64,000 bases of DNA, taken from a virus. Taxonomy: Duplodnaviria; Caudoviricetes. Position 1 is the stretch's first letter; each line of letters opens with the position of its first letter. Where the stretch lies: positions 32,001-96,000 of IMG/VR virus record IMGVR_UViG_3300023174_000048; one strand, written 5' to 3'. Below are positions 46,268 to 56,334 of this stretch, piece after piece. Under the pieces are notes generated by a model, which was given only the letters and a program-made list of their open reading frames with translations, did not search any database and was not told where the DNA came from. The position numbers and the translations under genes were made by a program.

Positions 46268-47356
46268 ATGGACAGAATTTATGATTTATTAAATAATGTA
46301 GAAAAACTAATTAAAAAAACTGAAGCAACAATGCTCCCTGTTCCGACTGTAGAAGTTGGTCCAGCCGTTGATCCAAATACTAAACCACCATTAAAACCAG
46401 AATTAGTTGACAAAAAAACTAATGATGATTCTCTTAATTCTCAAAAAGAAAAAATAAATCAACTTAAAACTAAAAATCCAAATGAGCAGGTTTCCAGACC
46501 AACTGGAGATAGTTCAGTTGCTGTTTCTAAATTACAAACCGGCGACAATGTTAAAAATATAAATAATGCCTGTATGCATTATGGCAGCGAAGGCATTGTT
46601 GAAAGTATAGAAGAGATACCAGAGAATATAGGATACATAGTTGGCTATAGAACAACAAATGCCGGAGCTTCATGGACAGTAGATCAATATTTAAGGAAAA
46701 CCGAAGACCAATTAACTTTAGTAGATTCTAGAGATGATTATGGTTTAGCTGATATGAACATGTTAAATCCATCAACAACAATTATGGACTATAACATAGA
46801 AGATGCTGATGATATTGAAGAAGATGAAGATGAAGATGAGATGGAAGAACAGTTTGAAAACTATAAAAATGAATTTATTGAAATGAATATTGTTGCTTTG
46901 AAATCCATAGTTGCACATGCTAATAGGATCTTAGATTCTCTTGACGATCCAAAAGTTAAAGAAAACTTGACAGAGAGCTGGTTGCAGGGTAAAATCGCCA
47001 TTGTTGCTGACTACATGAGCACCATCAGAGATTTTGTGATCTTGTCTCCAGAAAGTGACGATGATAGTACAGAAGCGGCGGAGATAAAAAAAAAATTGAA
47101 AAAGAAATTTATTCCGGTTAGTATTATAAAGAATATGCCCAATATTCCAACCAATAATACTAATGAAGTAGATAACGATAATCATAACGAAGTTGAACCT
47201 ACAGAACCCTCAATAGAGGATTCAGCAGATTCAAAAAAACAAGGTCTTTGGGACAATATAAGAAAAAAGAAAGAGAGAGAAGGAAAGGATTATAGACCAG
47301 CAAAGCCTGGAGATAAAGACAGGCCAGATCCAAAACAATGGAAAAAGCTTACGTAG
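46268..47356 (+). CDS. mosaic multi-domain phage protein
   Basis: SH3-like GDNVKN...GIVESI, acidic linker, ESWLQGKI..VADY and GLWDNIRKK motifs. Confidence 0.65.
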   Translation: MDRIYDLLNNVEKLIKKTEATMLPVPTVEVGPAVDPNTKPPLKPELVDKKTNDDSLNSQKEKINQLKTKNPNEQVSRPTGDSSVAVSKLQTGDNVKNINNACMHYGSEGIVESIEEIPENIGYIVGYRTTNAGASWTVDQYLRKTEDQLTLVDSRDDYGLADMNMLNPSTTIMDYNIEDADDIEEDEDEDEMEEQFENYKNEFIEMNIVALKSIVAHANRILDSLDDPKVKENLTESWLQGKIAIVADYMSTIRDFVILSPESDDDSTEAAEIKKKLKKKFIPVSIIKNMPNIPTNNTNEVDNDNHNEVEPTEPSIEDSADSKKQGLWDNIRKKKEREGKDYRPAKPGDKDRPDPKQWKKLT

Positions 47357-47414
47357 TATAAAGTTAATAGGACTAACTGTTTAATTTATAAACTAAATAA
47401 AGGATATCTTGATT

Positions 47415-48011
47415 ATGGACAGACAATACGACAGTCTAGATACGTATATTAATCTAGCAAAAAAGACGATATCAAAATTCTGCCCTAAATTCTATAATGG
47501 ATTATCGGTAGAAATGTTGAAGAATAATGATGCAATATCTGATGTTGCAACGGCAATAATGTATGCTGATTGGAGATTTGATCCTACTAGAACTGGCAAA
47601 AATGGTCAAGCTAAAACCTTGTATTCTTATAGAAATCAATGTGCTATTTGGGCTATTAAAACTTATGTAACAAATAAATACAAGAAAAATACAGATTCTG
47701 TAAGTCTTGACGCTAACTCTAAAATATCAGACTTGTCGATGCACTCTACAATATCTGATGCAAAGGCGCCTGAACCAATAGAGATTCTTATAGAGGAAGA
47801 ACAGACCACTAATTTAAAAAATACAATTGGAGATCTGTTATCAAACAGTAATCTATCAGAAAAACAAAGAGAACAGATTAGAATGTATTATTTAGAGAAC
47901 CATACTTTATCTCATATTGGTAAGAAGTTTGGAGTATCACGAGAAGCAGTTAGACAGAATATTAAAAGAGCCCTAGATATTATTAGATCATATGATAAAT
48001 GCCAAATTTAA
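47415..48011 (+). CDS. RNA polymerase sigma factor-like protein
   Basis: Region 4 HTH LSEKQREQIRMYYLENHTLSHIGKKFGVSREAVRQNIKRAL; region 2-like TYINLAKKTI...A..AIMYADWRFDP. Confidence 0.8.
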   Translation: MDRQYDSLDTYINLAKKTISKFCPKFYNGLSVEMLKNNDAISDVATAIMYADWRFDPTRTGKNGQAKTLYSYRNQCAIWAIKTYVTNKYKKNTDSVSLDANSKISDLSMHSTISDAKAPEPIEILIEEEQTTNLKNTIGDLLSNSNLSEKQREQIRMYYLENHTLSHIGKKFGVSREAVRQNIKRALDIIRSYDKCQI

Positions 48012-48339
48012 TCTAGCTATACTGGTGCTAGATCCGTCTGTTAATAGGTACAAAATAGTATCATCTAAACCAGATGATTTACAGCTTCCATATTTTGACA
48101 TTGAAAGTAATCTTGATATTGATGCTTGTTTAGATCATTTGGTATCTACAAAAATAGATAAAAATGATTCATATCTTAATTTTAAATTAACAGATGTGGA
48201 ACTATCAGAAACGCTAGAGATTTATTATCTTGTTTTTATAACCTATGAATCTGTTGTAAAAGACGGATTTTTATTAGATATACAACCTTCTCTTATAAGA
48301 CTTCCAAACAATGCTAAAAAAATTCTTACACTACTTTAA
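47992..48339 (+). CDS. hypothetical protein
   Basis: Coupled ORF. Confidence 0.6.
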   Translation: MINAKFNLAILVLDPSVNRYKIVSSKPDDLQLPYFDIESNLDIDACLDHLVSTKIDKNDSYLNFKLTDVELSETLEIYYLVFITYESVVKDGFLLDIQPSLIRLPNNAKKILTLL

Positions 48340-48691
48340 ATTCTTAAAAACAAATCAAGAATTAGAGACATTAAGTATTGTAATTTCCTTAAAAAGTAAT
48401 TATGATGTTGATATACAACTTAAATATCCAAATCTTGATAATGAACATATAAATAATATACCAAATATTGCAGAAAAATATGCGGAATTATTGATCTATA
48501 TAAATAGCAATGCTCTGAAATATAGACTATTAGACACTATAAAAGATAAATCATACAGATCAGAAGATATTAAAGAAAAATTATTTTTTGATAATGTTAT
48601 TTCTTTTTATGATTTAATTAGGCAAGAAATTAAAAAAGCCAATAATACCGGCCCACTTATTAGTCCAATGTCCGCTTTTGCAACAAAGTGA
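48311..48691 (+). CDS. hypothetical protein
   Basis: Coupled ORF ending PLISPMSAF. Confidence 0.6.
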   Translation: MLKKFLHYFKFLKTNQELETLSIVISLKSNYDVDIQLKYPNLDNEHINNIPNIAEKYAELLIYINSNALKYRLLDTIKDKSYRSEDIKEKLFFDNVISFYDLIRQEIKKANNTGPLISPMSAFATK

Positions 48692-48768
48692 TATTGGAAA
48701 TCTGAATTTTTAATTTACTATAAGGGGTATAAGTATCTTGTTCTATCTCTGCTTGACGGGGCTACATA

Positions 48769-49203
48769 ATGGACAAAAATAATCTAATCATATGGCAAAA
48801 ATGGCTTGACCCATTTGGATCAGATGATCCTGATGTTGATGAGTTTGATCCATATACTGGTAATTATACCGATAGCGATGCAGAAACTGATGAAGAGGAA
48901 GATAGTCATGAGGAAATTACTAAGAAAAAAATTAAAGCAGTTAGAGTAATTGCTACTCCTATGGGAATAATACCAATGAATGAGAATACTGCTAGTGGAA
49001 AACTTTTTAATTTTTGGATGGGACATACTAATTTTGATATATCAAAAAAAATAGCACAAACTATAGAAAGAACCGATGGAGTTGAAACTCTGGACATTTT
49101 TACAAGATACCGATTTAGAATATCAATAGGTAAAGCTTTTGATGATTCAGAAACTATGAGAAATATCAATAAAACAATATATAGTGAGTTAAATAATGGC
49201 TAA
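48769..49203 (+). CDS. hypothetical protein
   Basis: Acidic N-terminus; FNFWMGHTNFDI...GVETLDIFTRYRFRISIGK. Confidence 0.7.
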   Translation: MDKNNLIIWQKWLDPFGSDDPDVDEFDPYTGNYTDSDAETDEEEDSHEEITKKKIKAVRVIATPMGIIPMNENTASGKLFNFWMGHTNFDISKKIAQTIERTDGVETLDIFTRYRFRISIGKAFDDSETMRNINKTIYSELNNG

Positions 49204-49858
49204 AACTAATACCAGCGATATAGAATTACAGTCTTTACACTCAAATAATATTGATATAAAAAACAGAGAAATATTTTTACATTCTCATTTTGGATATGAT
49301 GAAGATGAAGCTGGTGTTGATTATAGATCATCTGTTACTTTTGAAAAAAATCTACGCTTTTTGAATCAACAGTCCGCTGACTCTATATTGATACATATGC
49401 ATTTACCTGGGGGTGATTGGGAAGACTGCTTAAGCTTATACGACACTATAAAATACAGTCGTTCTAAAACAACAATATTAGCATATGCCAAAGTTCAATC
49501 TGCTAGTAGTATTATTTTCCAGTCTGCTAATCTCAGAATATTAATGCCAAATGTGAATATGCTAATTCATTATGGCTCAATAAGCATAGACGATGAACAC
49601 AAAGCGGCAATTAGTAGTTTACAATGGAGCGAAAGAGAGTCTGCAAAAATGCTTGATATCTTTGTTGATAAATGGATTACAAGTCCAATGTCAAAAGATA
49701 AGAACTGGAAAAAACCAATAGCAAGAAAACACATTCAAAGTCAACTAGCAACAAAAAGTGATTGGATACTAACAGCAGAAGAAGCGGTGTATTATGGTTT
49801 TGCGGATGGTATACTCGGAGATAAGAAATACCCAACCATAGAATCATTAAAAAAGTAA
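49196..49858 (+). CDS. clpP: ClpP-like serine protease
   Basis: LPGGD; triad S (VQSAS), H (MLIHYG), D (SDWILTAEEAVYYGFADGI). Confidence 0.85.
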   Translation: MAKTNTSDIELQSLHSNNIDIKNREIFLHSHFGYDEDEAGVDYRSSVTFEKNLRFLNQQSADSILIHMHLPGGDWEDCLSLYDTIKYSRSKTTILAYAKVQSASSIIFQSANLRILMPNVNMLIHYGSISIDDEHKAAISSLQWSERESAKMLDIFVDKWITSPMSKDKNWKKPIARKHIQSQLATKSDWILTAEEAVYYGFADGILGDKKYPTIESLKK

Positions 49859-49862
49859 CACT

Positions 49863-50525
49863 ATGCATTTAGAATACTGCTATTATGATATAACTCTCAA
49901 AGATTCAGAATTAATAGACATTATAAATAAAGTTATTAAATTTGATCCTAAGACTATATCTGTTCTACCTTCATATCTTAAACCACTCAAATCAATATTA
50001 TCGACCACGGATATATCAGCTTCTGCCCCAATAGATTTTCCTCTTGGCACAATGGATCTAAAGTCAAGACTATCTGTTGCTGAAAACTGTATTAAAAATG
50101 GAGCAACCATACTTGATATTGTATGTCCAACATATTTATTGTGCAATAGAAAGTATGATAAATTCCGTGAAGATATAAAAGAAATGCAGAGTTTGTGTTC
50201 TGATTCAAAACTAGAAATTAGATATATTCTTGAATATCGTCAATTTAGCTATGAGCTATTATATAAAGTAGCACAAATATTATATGATTTTAATATTACA
50301 ACAATATATCCATCAACCGGATACTTAATTGATGATATTTCTGACAATATCACCGCCTCTGCACTCATAAATAAAAAGGTACCCAATATTAATATAATTT
50401 GCAATGGTAATGTCTGGAATGATAATCAGATAAAAATGGCCAAAAAGAGTAAAATTTATGGTTTACGGGTCAATTCATTGAATGCTTTAGAATTGATAAC
50501 AAAAGAAAACATAATAGAAAATTAA
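49863..50525 (+). CDS. deoC: DeoC-like TIM barrel lacking catalytic lysines
   Basis: IDFPLG, KNGA..LDIV, YILE, PSTG; FVKTSTG position reads TIYPSTG. Confidence 0.7.
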   Translation: MHLEYCYYDITLKDSELIDIINKVIKFDPKTISVLPSYLKPLKSILSTTDISASAPIDFPLGTMDLKSRLSVAENCIKNGATILDIVCPTYLLCNRKYDKFREDIKEMQSLCSDSKLEIRYILEYRQFSYELLYKVAQILYDFNITTIYPSTGYLIDDISDNITASALINKKVPNINIICNGNVWNDNQIKMAKKSKIYGLRVNSLNALELITKENIIEN

Positions 50526-50532
50526 CCTTTTA

Positions 50533-50539
50533 GGTGTAC
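50533..50539 (+). promoter_or_regulatory. GGTGTA motif
   Basis: Intergenic, about 50 nt before ORF 50589. Confidence 0.45.
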
Positions 50540-50588
50540 TAGATTATAGATTTTAAACAATCTTCACAGAATAAAACGGAGATATACA

Positions 50589-51335
50589 ATGGCTACAGCT
50601 ACATCAGCAGCAGTTGACTATACAACACAACCAAATTTAAATGGCAGTGGATCAAAAAATAATGGCGGATCCGCTACCAGAGTCGGAACATCAACAAAAC
50701 TAAATTCAGTAGCGATCAGCAAAGATACCACAGGTGTCGTTGGTTCGGTTGTTATTGATGGAGACTATACAGACAAAGCTATCAGTGGCGGAACAATTCC
50801 TCATAATCACACCAAACCAATAACATTTAAGGTAACAAATGAAATTGCTGGTGTTGCTAGTTCTGTTTTTTCAACCAGTGCTAATGATCCAACCCAAGTA
50901 AGAGGAATTAATAAGAGAGAAAACTATAGAGTTGCTAAAGTTTCAACAGCCTATAGAAATGGTCAATGGGATCCCTACTATGGTGAATTTAGAGCATATG
51001 GAACATACTCAAGAACAGGCTATACCGTAACAGCAACCGTTGCTCGTCACGGACTAAGTACTGGCGACGTTGTAAAACTAGATTTTTCAAGCGGTACTGC
51101 TACTGATGGTATTTTTACCGTTACTTATGTTGATGTGAATACTTTCACCTTTACTCATACTGCTACTGGTAGCACAAGTGGTAATCTTAGTCTTGAAGGC
51201 CCAGCTTATGGAACTTCTACTCCGGGCACAGACAACGCAGCAACAGTTTCCAGAAGTGCTCCTGGTGATCTTGTTTTCAGAACTGGATCTAAGCTTCCTG
51301 TTCGCAGTCAAGATTACAAGCCAAAGACTGGCTGA
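50589..51335 (+). CDS. probable structural protein with inserted beta-sandwich module
   Basis: T/S/G-rich; HGLSTGDVV module; own SD and terminator. Confidence 0.7.
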   Translation: MATATSAAVDYTTQPNLNGSGSKNNGGSATRVGTSTKLNSVAISKDTTGVVGSVVIDGDYTDKAISGGTIPHNHTKPITFKVTNEIAGVASSVFSTSANDPTQVRGINKRENYRVAKVSTAYRNGQWDPYYGEFRAYGTYSRTGYTVTATVARHGLSTGDVVKLDFSSGTATDGIFTVTYVDVNTFTFTHTATGSTSGNLSLEGPAYGTSTPGTDNAATVSRSAPGDLVFRTGSKLPVRSQDYKPKTG

Positions 51336-51363
51336 TATAATTAGTTTATTATTAATCTAGCTT

Positions 51364-51394
51364 AAAGCCAGCAATTTTATATTGTTGGCTTTTT
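51364..51394 (+). terminator. intrinsic terminator
   Basis: AAAGCCAGCAAT-TTTAT-ATTGTTGGCTTT then TT. Confidence 0.8.
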
Positions 51395-51442
51395 GCTTTT
51401 TAGTGTATTTAGTAATACCACCACAAGAAAAGGGTTTTAATT

Positions 51443-51763
51443 ATGAGTGATACCATAGTTCACTTTTGGGAAAGTATAGCAACTACTAGTATTGGTATCA
51501 TTATTACTATGATTGGTTTTTGGGTGGCAATAGGCAAAAATATGGCCACAAAGTCAGAAGTTGCTGAAATGATAGAAACAAAATCTCCATATTTACATGA
51601 TAGACAGTTTATTATGGAAAGGCTTGCTGTGAACAAAGAAACACAGGCAGCATTAACAAATATGTTGCAACGCAATACAGAAGTTATGAATGAACTTAAA
51701 ATTCAAATAGCAACACTTGGTAAAACATTAGAAGCACTAGAAGAAAGAATAGAAAGAACTTGA
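51443..51763 (+). CDS. TM plus coiled-coil protein (holin/spanin-like architecture)
   Basis: One N-terminal TM followed by a C-terminal coiled coil; AGTGTATT variant motif at 51402. Confidence 0.65.
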   Translation: MSDTIVHFWESIATTSIGIIITMIGFWVAIGKNMATKSEVAEMIETKSPYLHDRQFIMERLAVNKETQAALTNMLQRNTEVMNELKIQIATLGKTLEALEERIERT

Positions 51764-51771
51764 GGTAAAAT

Positions 51772-51963
51772 ATGGCAACTGATATTGAACTAATAAATAC
51801 TAATAATCCAATTAAAAATGGAACAACAGTAACAACTTGTTCGTTCTCTGGTAAATATAATACTATAAATACATATGTTAATAACAAACCACCTATTGCA
51901 GATATAGAATCCAAATATGATGAATTATTTGATGATATCACCTACTATATACTAGGCAGCTGA
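51772..51963 (+). CDS. hypothetical protein
   Basis: GAGG SD; coupled ORF. Confidence 0.6.
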   Translation: MATDIELINTNNPIKNGTTVTTCSFSGKYNTINTYVNNKPPIADIESKYDELFDDITYYILGS

Positions 51964-51965
51964 TT

Positions 51966-53291
51966 ATGACCACTAATCGTTTTTCTTTATCGTCTGATAT
52001 AAATGAACTGCCATCTTCTGTTTCTGTAAGTGGTAGCGATCTATTTGCCTTCTCTGATGACCCAGCCTCAGCAGTAGTAACAAAAAAAATCACTTTCAAT
52101 AATTTTAGAAGCTCTATACTAAATCAAGCTGCAACTTTACAATTAAGACAGGGTCTTGATTCAGAAAGGCTGCTGGTAACTCCATCAGTAGCAGAACCTT
52201 TATGGACAACCGATACCCAAAAATTATATGTTGGTGACGGATCTACAGTTGGCGGAATAGTAATCTCATCTCCAATAGTTGAAATCTCTGGTAATAATAT
52301 AACAAAATTTAATAATATATTAGGAAACGGAAATCTATGTTTAGGATCAGGAAACTCAATAATTTCATCACGGCTTGGTCCAAGTTTTGACTATAACGGT
52401 ATTTATCATGCTAACACTTGTACTGCAAGCGGTATAAGTATCGCAATTTTAGCTGGGGCTAGCTGTGTTGCTAGTGGTACTTATACATCTATTTTTAATG
52501 GACTTAGCAATACTGCTGGATCATTAAGCTCTAATCACGCTACCATAATTAATGGTCTAAGAAATACTATACCATCTTCTAATAATTATGGGTTGATATG
52601 CAATGGAAGTTTTAATACTAGTACGGGTCTTCATGCATCTATTATAAATGGATTTGGTAATTCTGTTATTTCATCATATACTTTTGTTGGAAATGGATCC
52701 CAAAATACAGCAACCGCTAACTATTCTAGCATTATTAATGGTCAAAACAACATTGCTAGCGGTATAAATTCATGTATTTTAGGGGGCCAATCCGCAAAAA
52801 CTACTTTACACGGAGAAGTAGCACAAGCTGCTGGTAGCTTCACTTCTGCTGGAGATGCACAGAGATCAACCATAGTGCTAAGAGCCGAAACCTCAAGTAA
52901 TACATCAAATGTAATTTTAACTACAGATGGATCTGCATCTCTTATAACGTCGCCAAGCAACACCACTTCAAGAAATTTTATATTTTTACCAGATAAAACT
53001 ACGTTAAATTTTAATATACAAATTAGTGCTTACAATGACACAGATACTGCTTCGGCTGTATGGAATTTTGTTGGAGGTATTAAAAGAGGAGTTGGTGCTG
53101 GTACTACCTCTTTGATTCAAACACCAACTGAAACAAGCTGGAAAGATACTGGTATGAATTCGGCTTTAGCAAGCGTAGCAGCAGACACCACCAATGGAGG
53201 ATTGTCTATTAGAGTTACTGGATTAGCAACTAAAAATATTAGATGGGTTGCAGCAGTAGATTATTGTATAGTTAGTTATGGAACACCATAA
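51966..53291 (+). CDS. tail fibre/spike-like protein
   Basis: LRQG......PSVAEPLWTTDTQKLYVGDGSTVGG fibre N-module; beta-helix repeats (ASGTYTSIFNGLSNTA, ATANYSSIINGQNNIA). Confidence 0.75.
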   Translation: MTTNRFSLSSDINELPSSVSVSGSDLFAFSDDPASAVVTKKITFNNFRSSILNQAATLQLRQGLDSERLLVTPSVAEPLWTTDTQKLYVGDGSTVGGIVISSPIVEISGNNITKFNNILGNGNLCLGSGNSIISSRLGPSFDYNGIYHANTCTASGISIAILAGASCVASGTYTSIFNGLSNTAGSLSSNHATIINGLRNTIPSSNNYGLICNGSFNTSTGLHASIINGFGNSVISSYTFVGNGSQNTATANYSSIINGQNNIASGINSCILGGQSAKTTLHGEVAQAAGSFTSAGDAQRSTIVLRAETSSNTSNVILTTDGSASLITSPSNTTSRNFIFLPDKTTLNFNIQISAYNDTDTASAVWNFVGGIKRGVGAGTTSLIQTPTETSWKDTGMNSALASVAADTTNGGLSIRVTGLATKNIRWVAAVDYCIVSYGTP

Positions 53292-54586
53292 TGATAGAAG
53301 CTCAAAATATACCTCTGAATTGTGGTGTTATATCCCAGAGCTCATCCTATCTGTTTAAAAAACCAGATATTGGTGGAGATAGAATAAAAATTACAGCACA
53401 ACCCCAAGTTAGAATAATTAATTCTGCTGGTTCTGGTTATACTACAAATTATGATGCTACAATATTTAGATATACTAATTCATCTAATATAACTGATTTT
53501 AATATAAATCTATATCAATTAAATAATATACCAGTAACAGTATACAGTACAGATAATTCTATTTTATTAAACTTAAATTCTAATAATTCAGTTTGTTCAG
53601 GTGTTCCTACAGCAAGTACTTCCACAAGAAATGTAAATATTATAGCCAGTGGAACAAATACATCAACAGATTTTAATATAGCAGAAGTAACAGTACTATG
53701 TAATGTGGGAACACAAACAGATGCTTTTTGTGAGTTTATACCTGGAAGCTTGGCAAAAAATTGTTCTGATAATGTCGATAATAGACTATTAAATAAAAAC
53801 CCAGCTATAGCAAAAGATATTTATAGTACTCAAAACCATTCAACTTCTACATACGTTAGAAATACTAATTGTTGGGCTTATGATTTAGATTTAACTTGCA
53901 TGAGTCCTTGGAATACAACTGGAGCAAATACTAGGGCCGGAACTCTTATTAGCCCAAGCCATTTAGTTTTTGCAACTCATTATCAAATAGATATAGGGGC
54001 TAAAGTTAGATTTATCACTAGCAATAATGTTGTTATAGAAAGAACATTAATAGATAAAATTGTTATCTATGCAGATGTCTGCTTGGGACTTTTAGATTCT
54101 GACGTACCAAATTCTATTAGTTTTGCTAAATTGTTACCTTCTAATTGGTCTACATATTTGCCTACATTTTATAGAAACAGGAATGGTAAGACCATCTATA
54201 GACTTCCAATACTATCTTTAGATCAAGAAGAAAAAGCTTTAGTAAAAGAATTGGTATACGTGGATCCATTAGGCACTGGTGCATATACACAGCAACCAAC
54301 ACAAAATTATCTTGATCCCAATAATAATTATTATAATACGTATCCAAATAGAATATTATTTCATGAATCAACAATAGATGGAGATAGTGGCAACCCATCA
54401 TTTTTAATCATCAATAATCAATTGGTTTTGATAATAACGTGGACCGGACCAGACGCTGGACCATTCTATAGTAGTTTTATAAGTACATTAAATACTAATA
54501 TGAATCTACTTTGGACAAGAAATAATAGATCAGGAGCCTCTTACTCTGTCACAACAGTAGATTTAACGGGATTCACATCATTTTAA
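53291..54586 (+). CDS. probable virion protein with C-terminal chymotrypsin-like protease
   Basis: AGTLISPSHLVFATHY, ADVCLG, GDSGNP. Confidence 0.7.
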   Translation: MIEAQNIPLNCGVISQSSSYLFKKPDIGGDRIKITAQPQVRIINSAGSGYTTNYDATIFRYTNSSNITDFNINLYQLNNIPVTVYSTDNSILLNLNSNNSVCSGVPTASTSTRNVNIIASGTNTSTDFNIAEVTVLCNVGTQTDAFCEFIPGSLAKNCSDNVDNRLLNKNPAIAKDIYSTQNHSTSTYVRNTNCWAYDLDLTCMSPWNTTGANTRAGTLISPSHLVFATHYQIDIGAKVRFITSNNVVIERTLIDKIVIYADVCLGLLDSDVPNSISFAKLLPSNWSTYLPTFYRNRNGKTIYRLPILSLDQEEKALVKELVYVDPLGTGAYTQQPTQNYLDPNNNYYNTYPNRILFHESTIDGDSGNPSFLIINNQLVLIITWTGPDAGPFYSSFISTLNTNMNLLWTRNNRSGASYSVTTVDLTGFTSF

Positions 54587-54601
54587 TGTCAATAATATTA
54601 C

Positions 54602-54609
54602 GGTGTATG
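54602..54609 (+). promoter_or_regulatory. GGTGTAT motif
   Basis: Intergenic, about 13 nt before the GGAG SD of ORF 54634. Confidence 0.5.
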
Positions 54610-54633
54610 TTAATATAACATGGAGAAATTATA

Positions 54634-54957
54634 ATGATTAAACCTGGTTATAGAACAAGCGAATTTTGGTTCACACTAGTAAGTTTCATTTTTAGTGGAG
54701 CTTATTTATTTGGAGTATTAGACGACTTTACTCAAAAAGAGGATCTAATACAAGAAACAAGCAAAGGATTAGAAGCTGCTATATTAATCATAGGCCAATT
54801 AACATTATTATTTAAATATATCAAAGGAAGAACAGATCTTAAAAAGACTTGGTGGAGCACAGCAACACCAGAAGAGAGAAAAACCGCTAATAGAAGAAAT
54901 GTTAAATCTAAAGTTAAAAAGAAAATTAAAAAACCAATTCAGCCCAAAGTAGAGTAG
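54634..54957 (+). CDS. 2-TM membrane protein with basic tail (holin-like)
   Basis: KPGYRTSEFWFTL, two hydrophobic segments, K/R-rich C-terminus. Confidence 0.6.
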   Translation: MIKPGYRTSEFWFTLVSFIFSGAYLFGVLDDFTQKEDLIQETSKGLEAAILIIGQLTLLFKYIKGRTDLKKTWWSTATPEERKTANRRNVKSKVKKKIKKPIQPKVE

Positions 54958-54969
54958 ACAAGGTTTCTG

Positions 54970-54982
54970 GGTGTATTATAAT
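54970..54982 (+). promoter_or_regulatory. GGTGTATTATAAT motif
   Basis: Intergenic, before ORF 55014. Confidence 0.55.
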
Positions 54983-55013
54983 ATATAGGGCGTTTTCAAA
55001 AAGGACATTTTAT

Positions 55014-55457
55014 ATGCCAGAAGCAGCTTCAATATACTCAATAAAAATAAAATTAGATGAATTCATGACTCAGGTTAAAACTTCTTTAGGAGAGGTTAAA
55101 TCTGTTGCAATATCTCAAGCCTGGAAAATTCTACAACTTGCTGTTGCTCAAACGGTACAAGTGTTAGAACAGAATACTAGTAATTTGTCTGGACCAGATA
55201 AAAAAGCTATGGCTATGGACTATTTGTCAAAATTTTATGATAGTGTTTTTACTATTATTGACGTTCCTATGATCCCAAATTTCATTCAACCAATTATTCG
55301 TCAATATGTAAAAGTATTTTTAATGGCACTAGTAAGCTCAAGTATTGATGCTATGGTCACAACCTTCAGACAAGTTGGAGTCTTTAAAACACAACCAGTA
55401 GTTTCACAATCTATCAAGTCTAACCCTAAAGTTAAAAGAGCGAGGAAAAAGAAATGA
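55014..55457 (+). CDS. hypothetical helical protein
   Basis: AAGGA SD; basic tail. Confidence 0.7.
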   Translation: MPEAASIYSIKIKLDEFMTQVKTSLGEVKSVAISQAWKILQLAVAQTVQVLEQNTSNLSGPDKKAMAMDYLSKFYDSVFTIIDVPMIPNFIQPIIRQYVKVFLMALVSSSIDAMVTTFRQVGVFKTQPVVSQSIKSNPKVKRARKKK

Positions 55458-55837
55458 ATTATACAGAAAGTTTTGAGCAGTTTGCTAGCAGAGTAACACC
55501 AACTGATTTAGCCCTATATGCTGGAGCAGGAATTATCCTATGGATTCTATTCAAAGATAAACTAAGTCCAGTACAAAAATTCTTAGGAGACTTGATTGGT
55601 GGATTAAAGTCAAAACTTAATAATGGATCATCAGTTGTTCCTGTTGTTGTTCCAGATGTTGCTCCTGTTGTAGTATCTAAAGAAACCAAAGAAGATACTT
55701 TTTTCAAATTAGTAGTTTCTTGGAAACAAACTAGGGATTTAGCAGTTAAGAGCGGATGCGATGAGGCTGTTAAAGTTGCTGATCAAATGTTTCCATTTTT
55801 AAGTCCAACCGTTTGCTCAAAGGAAAAAAGTGTATGA
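55454..55837 (+). CDS. membrane-anchored hypothetical protein
   Basis: TM at residues 19-32; coupled ORF. Confidence 0.7.
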   Translation: MNYTESFEQFASRVTPTDLALYAGAGIILWILFKDKLSPVQKFLGDLIGGLKSKLNNGSSVVPVVVPDVAPVVVSKETKEDTFFKLVVSWKQTRDLAVKSGCDEAVKVADQMFPFLSPTVCSKEKSV

Positions 55838-56334
55838 ATCCCAAACTTAAAACAGGCCTTTTAATACTTGCTCTTGCATTATTAGGAATCGGCATACTAA
55901 AACCAGATCTGGGTTCTTTCAATAATCCAGTATCTCCTTCGGCTGTTATTGAATTGGATGTTAAGGAGCCAGAATCAGTAGAACTCAAAGAAAAAGCAGA
56001 TGCTGTGATTAAAGCATTATCTGTTGACTCTGATCGTAAAACTGATGGTTTGCGATTAGCCTATTTATATAATGATATGGCAACTTTAGTGGGTCTTGAT
56101 GGAGATGATGAAGTTATTAAGAATACTGAAGAAATTAGACAGGCCAATAGACTAGCCGGTTTAATGCTAAGATTAGATATTAAAGGTAAGTATGAAGACC
56201 TTCCAGAAGCTGCTCAAGCTTTAGTATTAACAGCAATTGGCGATGATAATGTTCTATTAAATAAAGACCTTAGAGATAAAGCTGTTGATGGTTTCAAAGC
56301 TTTGTCATGGGCCTGTTTACAAGGAAGCAAATAA
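55834..56334 (+). CDS. exported/membrane-anchored hypothetical protein
   Basis: Signal-like N-terminus; ATG 55834 overlaps the upstream stop. Confidence 0.7.
   Translation: MNPKLKTGLLILALALLGIGILKPDLGSFNNPVSPSAVIELDVKEPESVELKEKADAVIKALSVDSDRKTDGLRLAYLYNDMATLVGLDGDDEVIKNTEEIRQANRLAGLMLRLDIKGKYEDLPEAAQALVLTAIGDDNVLLNKDLRDKAVDGFKALSWACLQGSK

Noticed and set aside
48753-48770. TTGACG...CATAAT promoter
   Set aside because: Only 6 nt between the elements, not a viable spacer.
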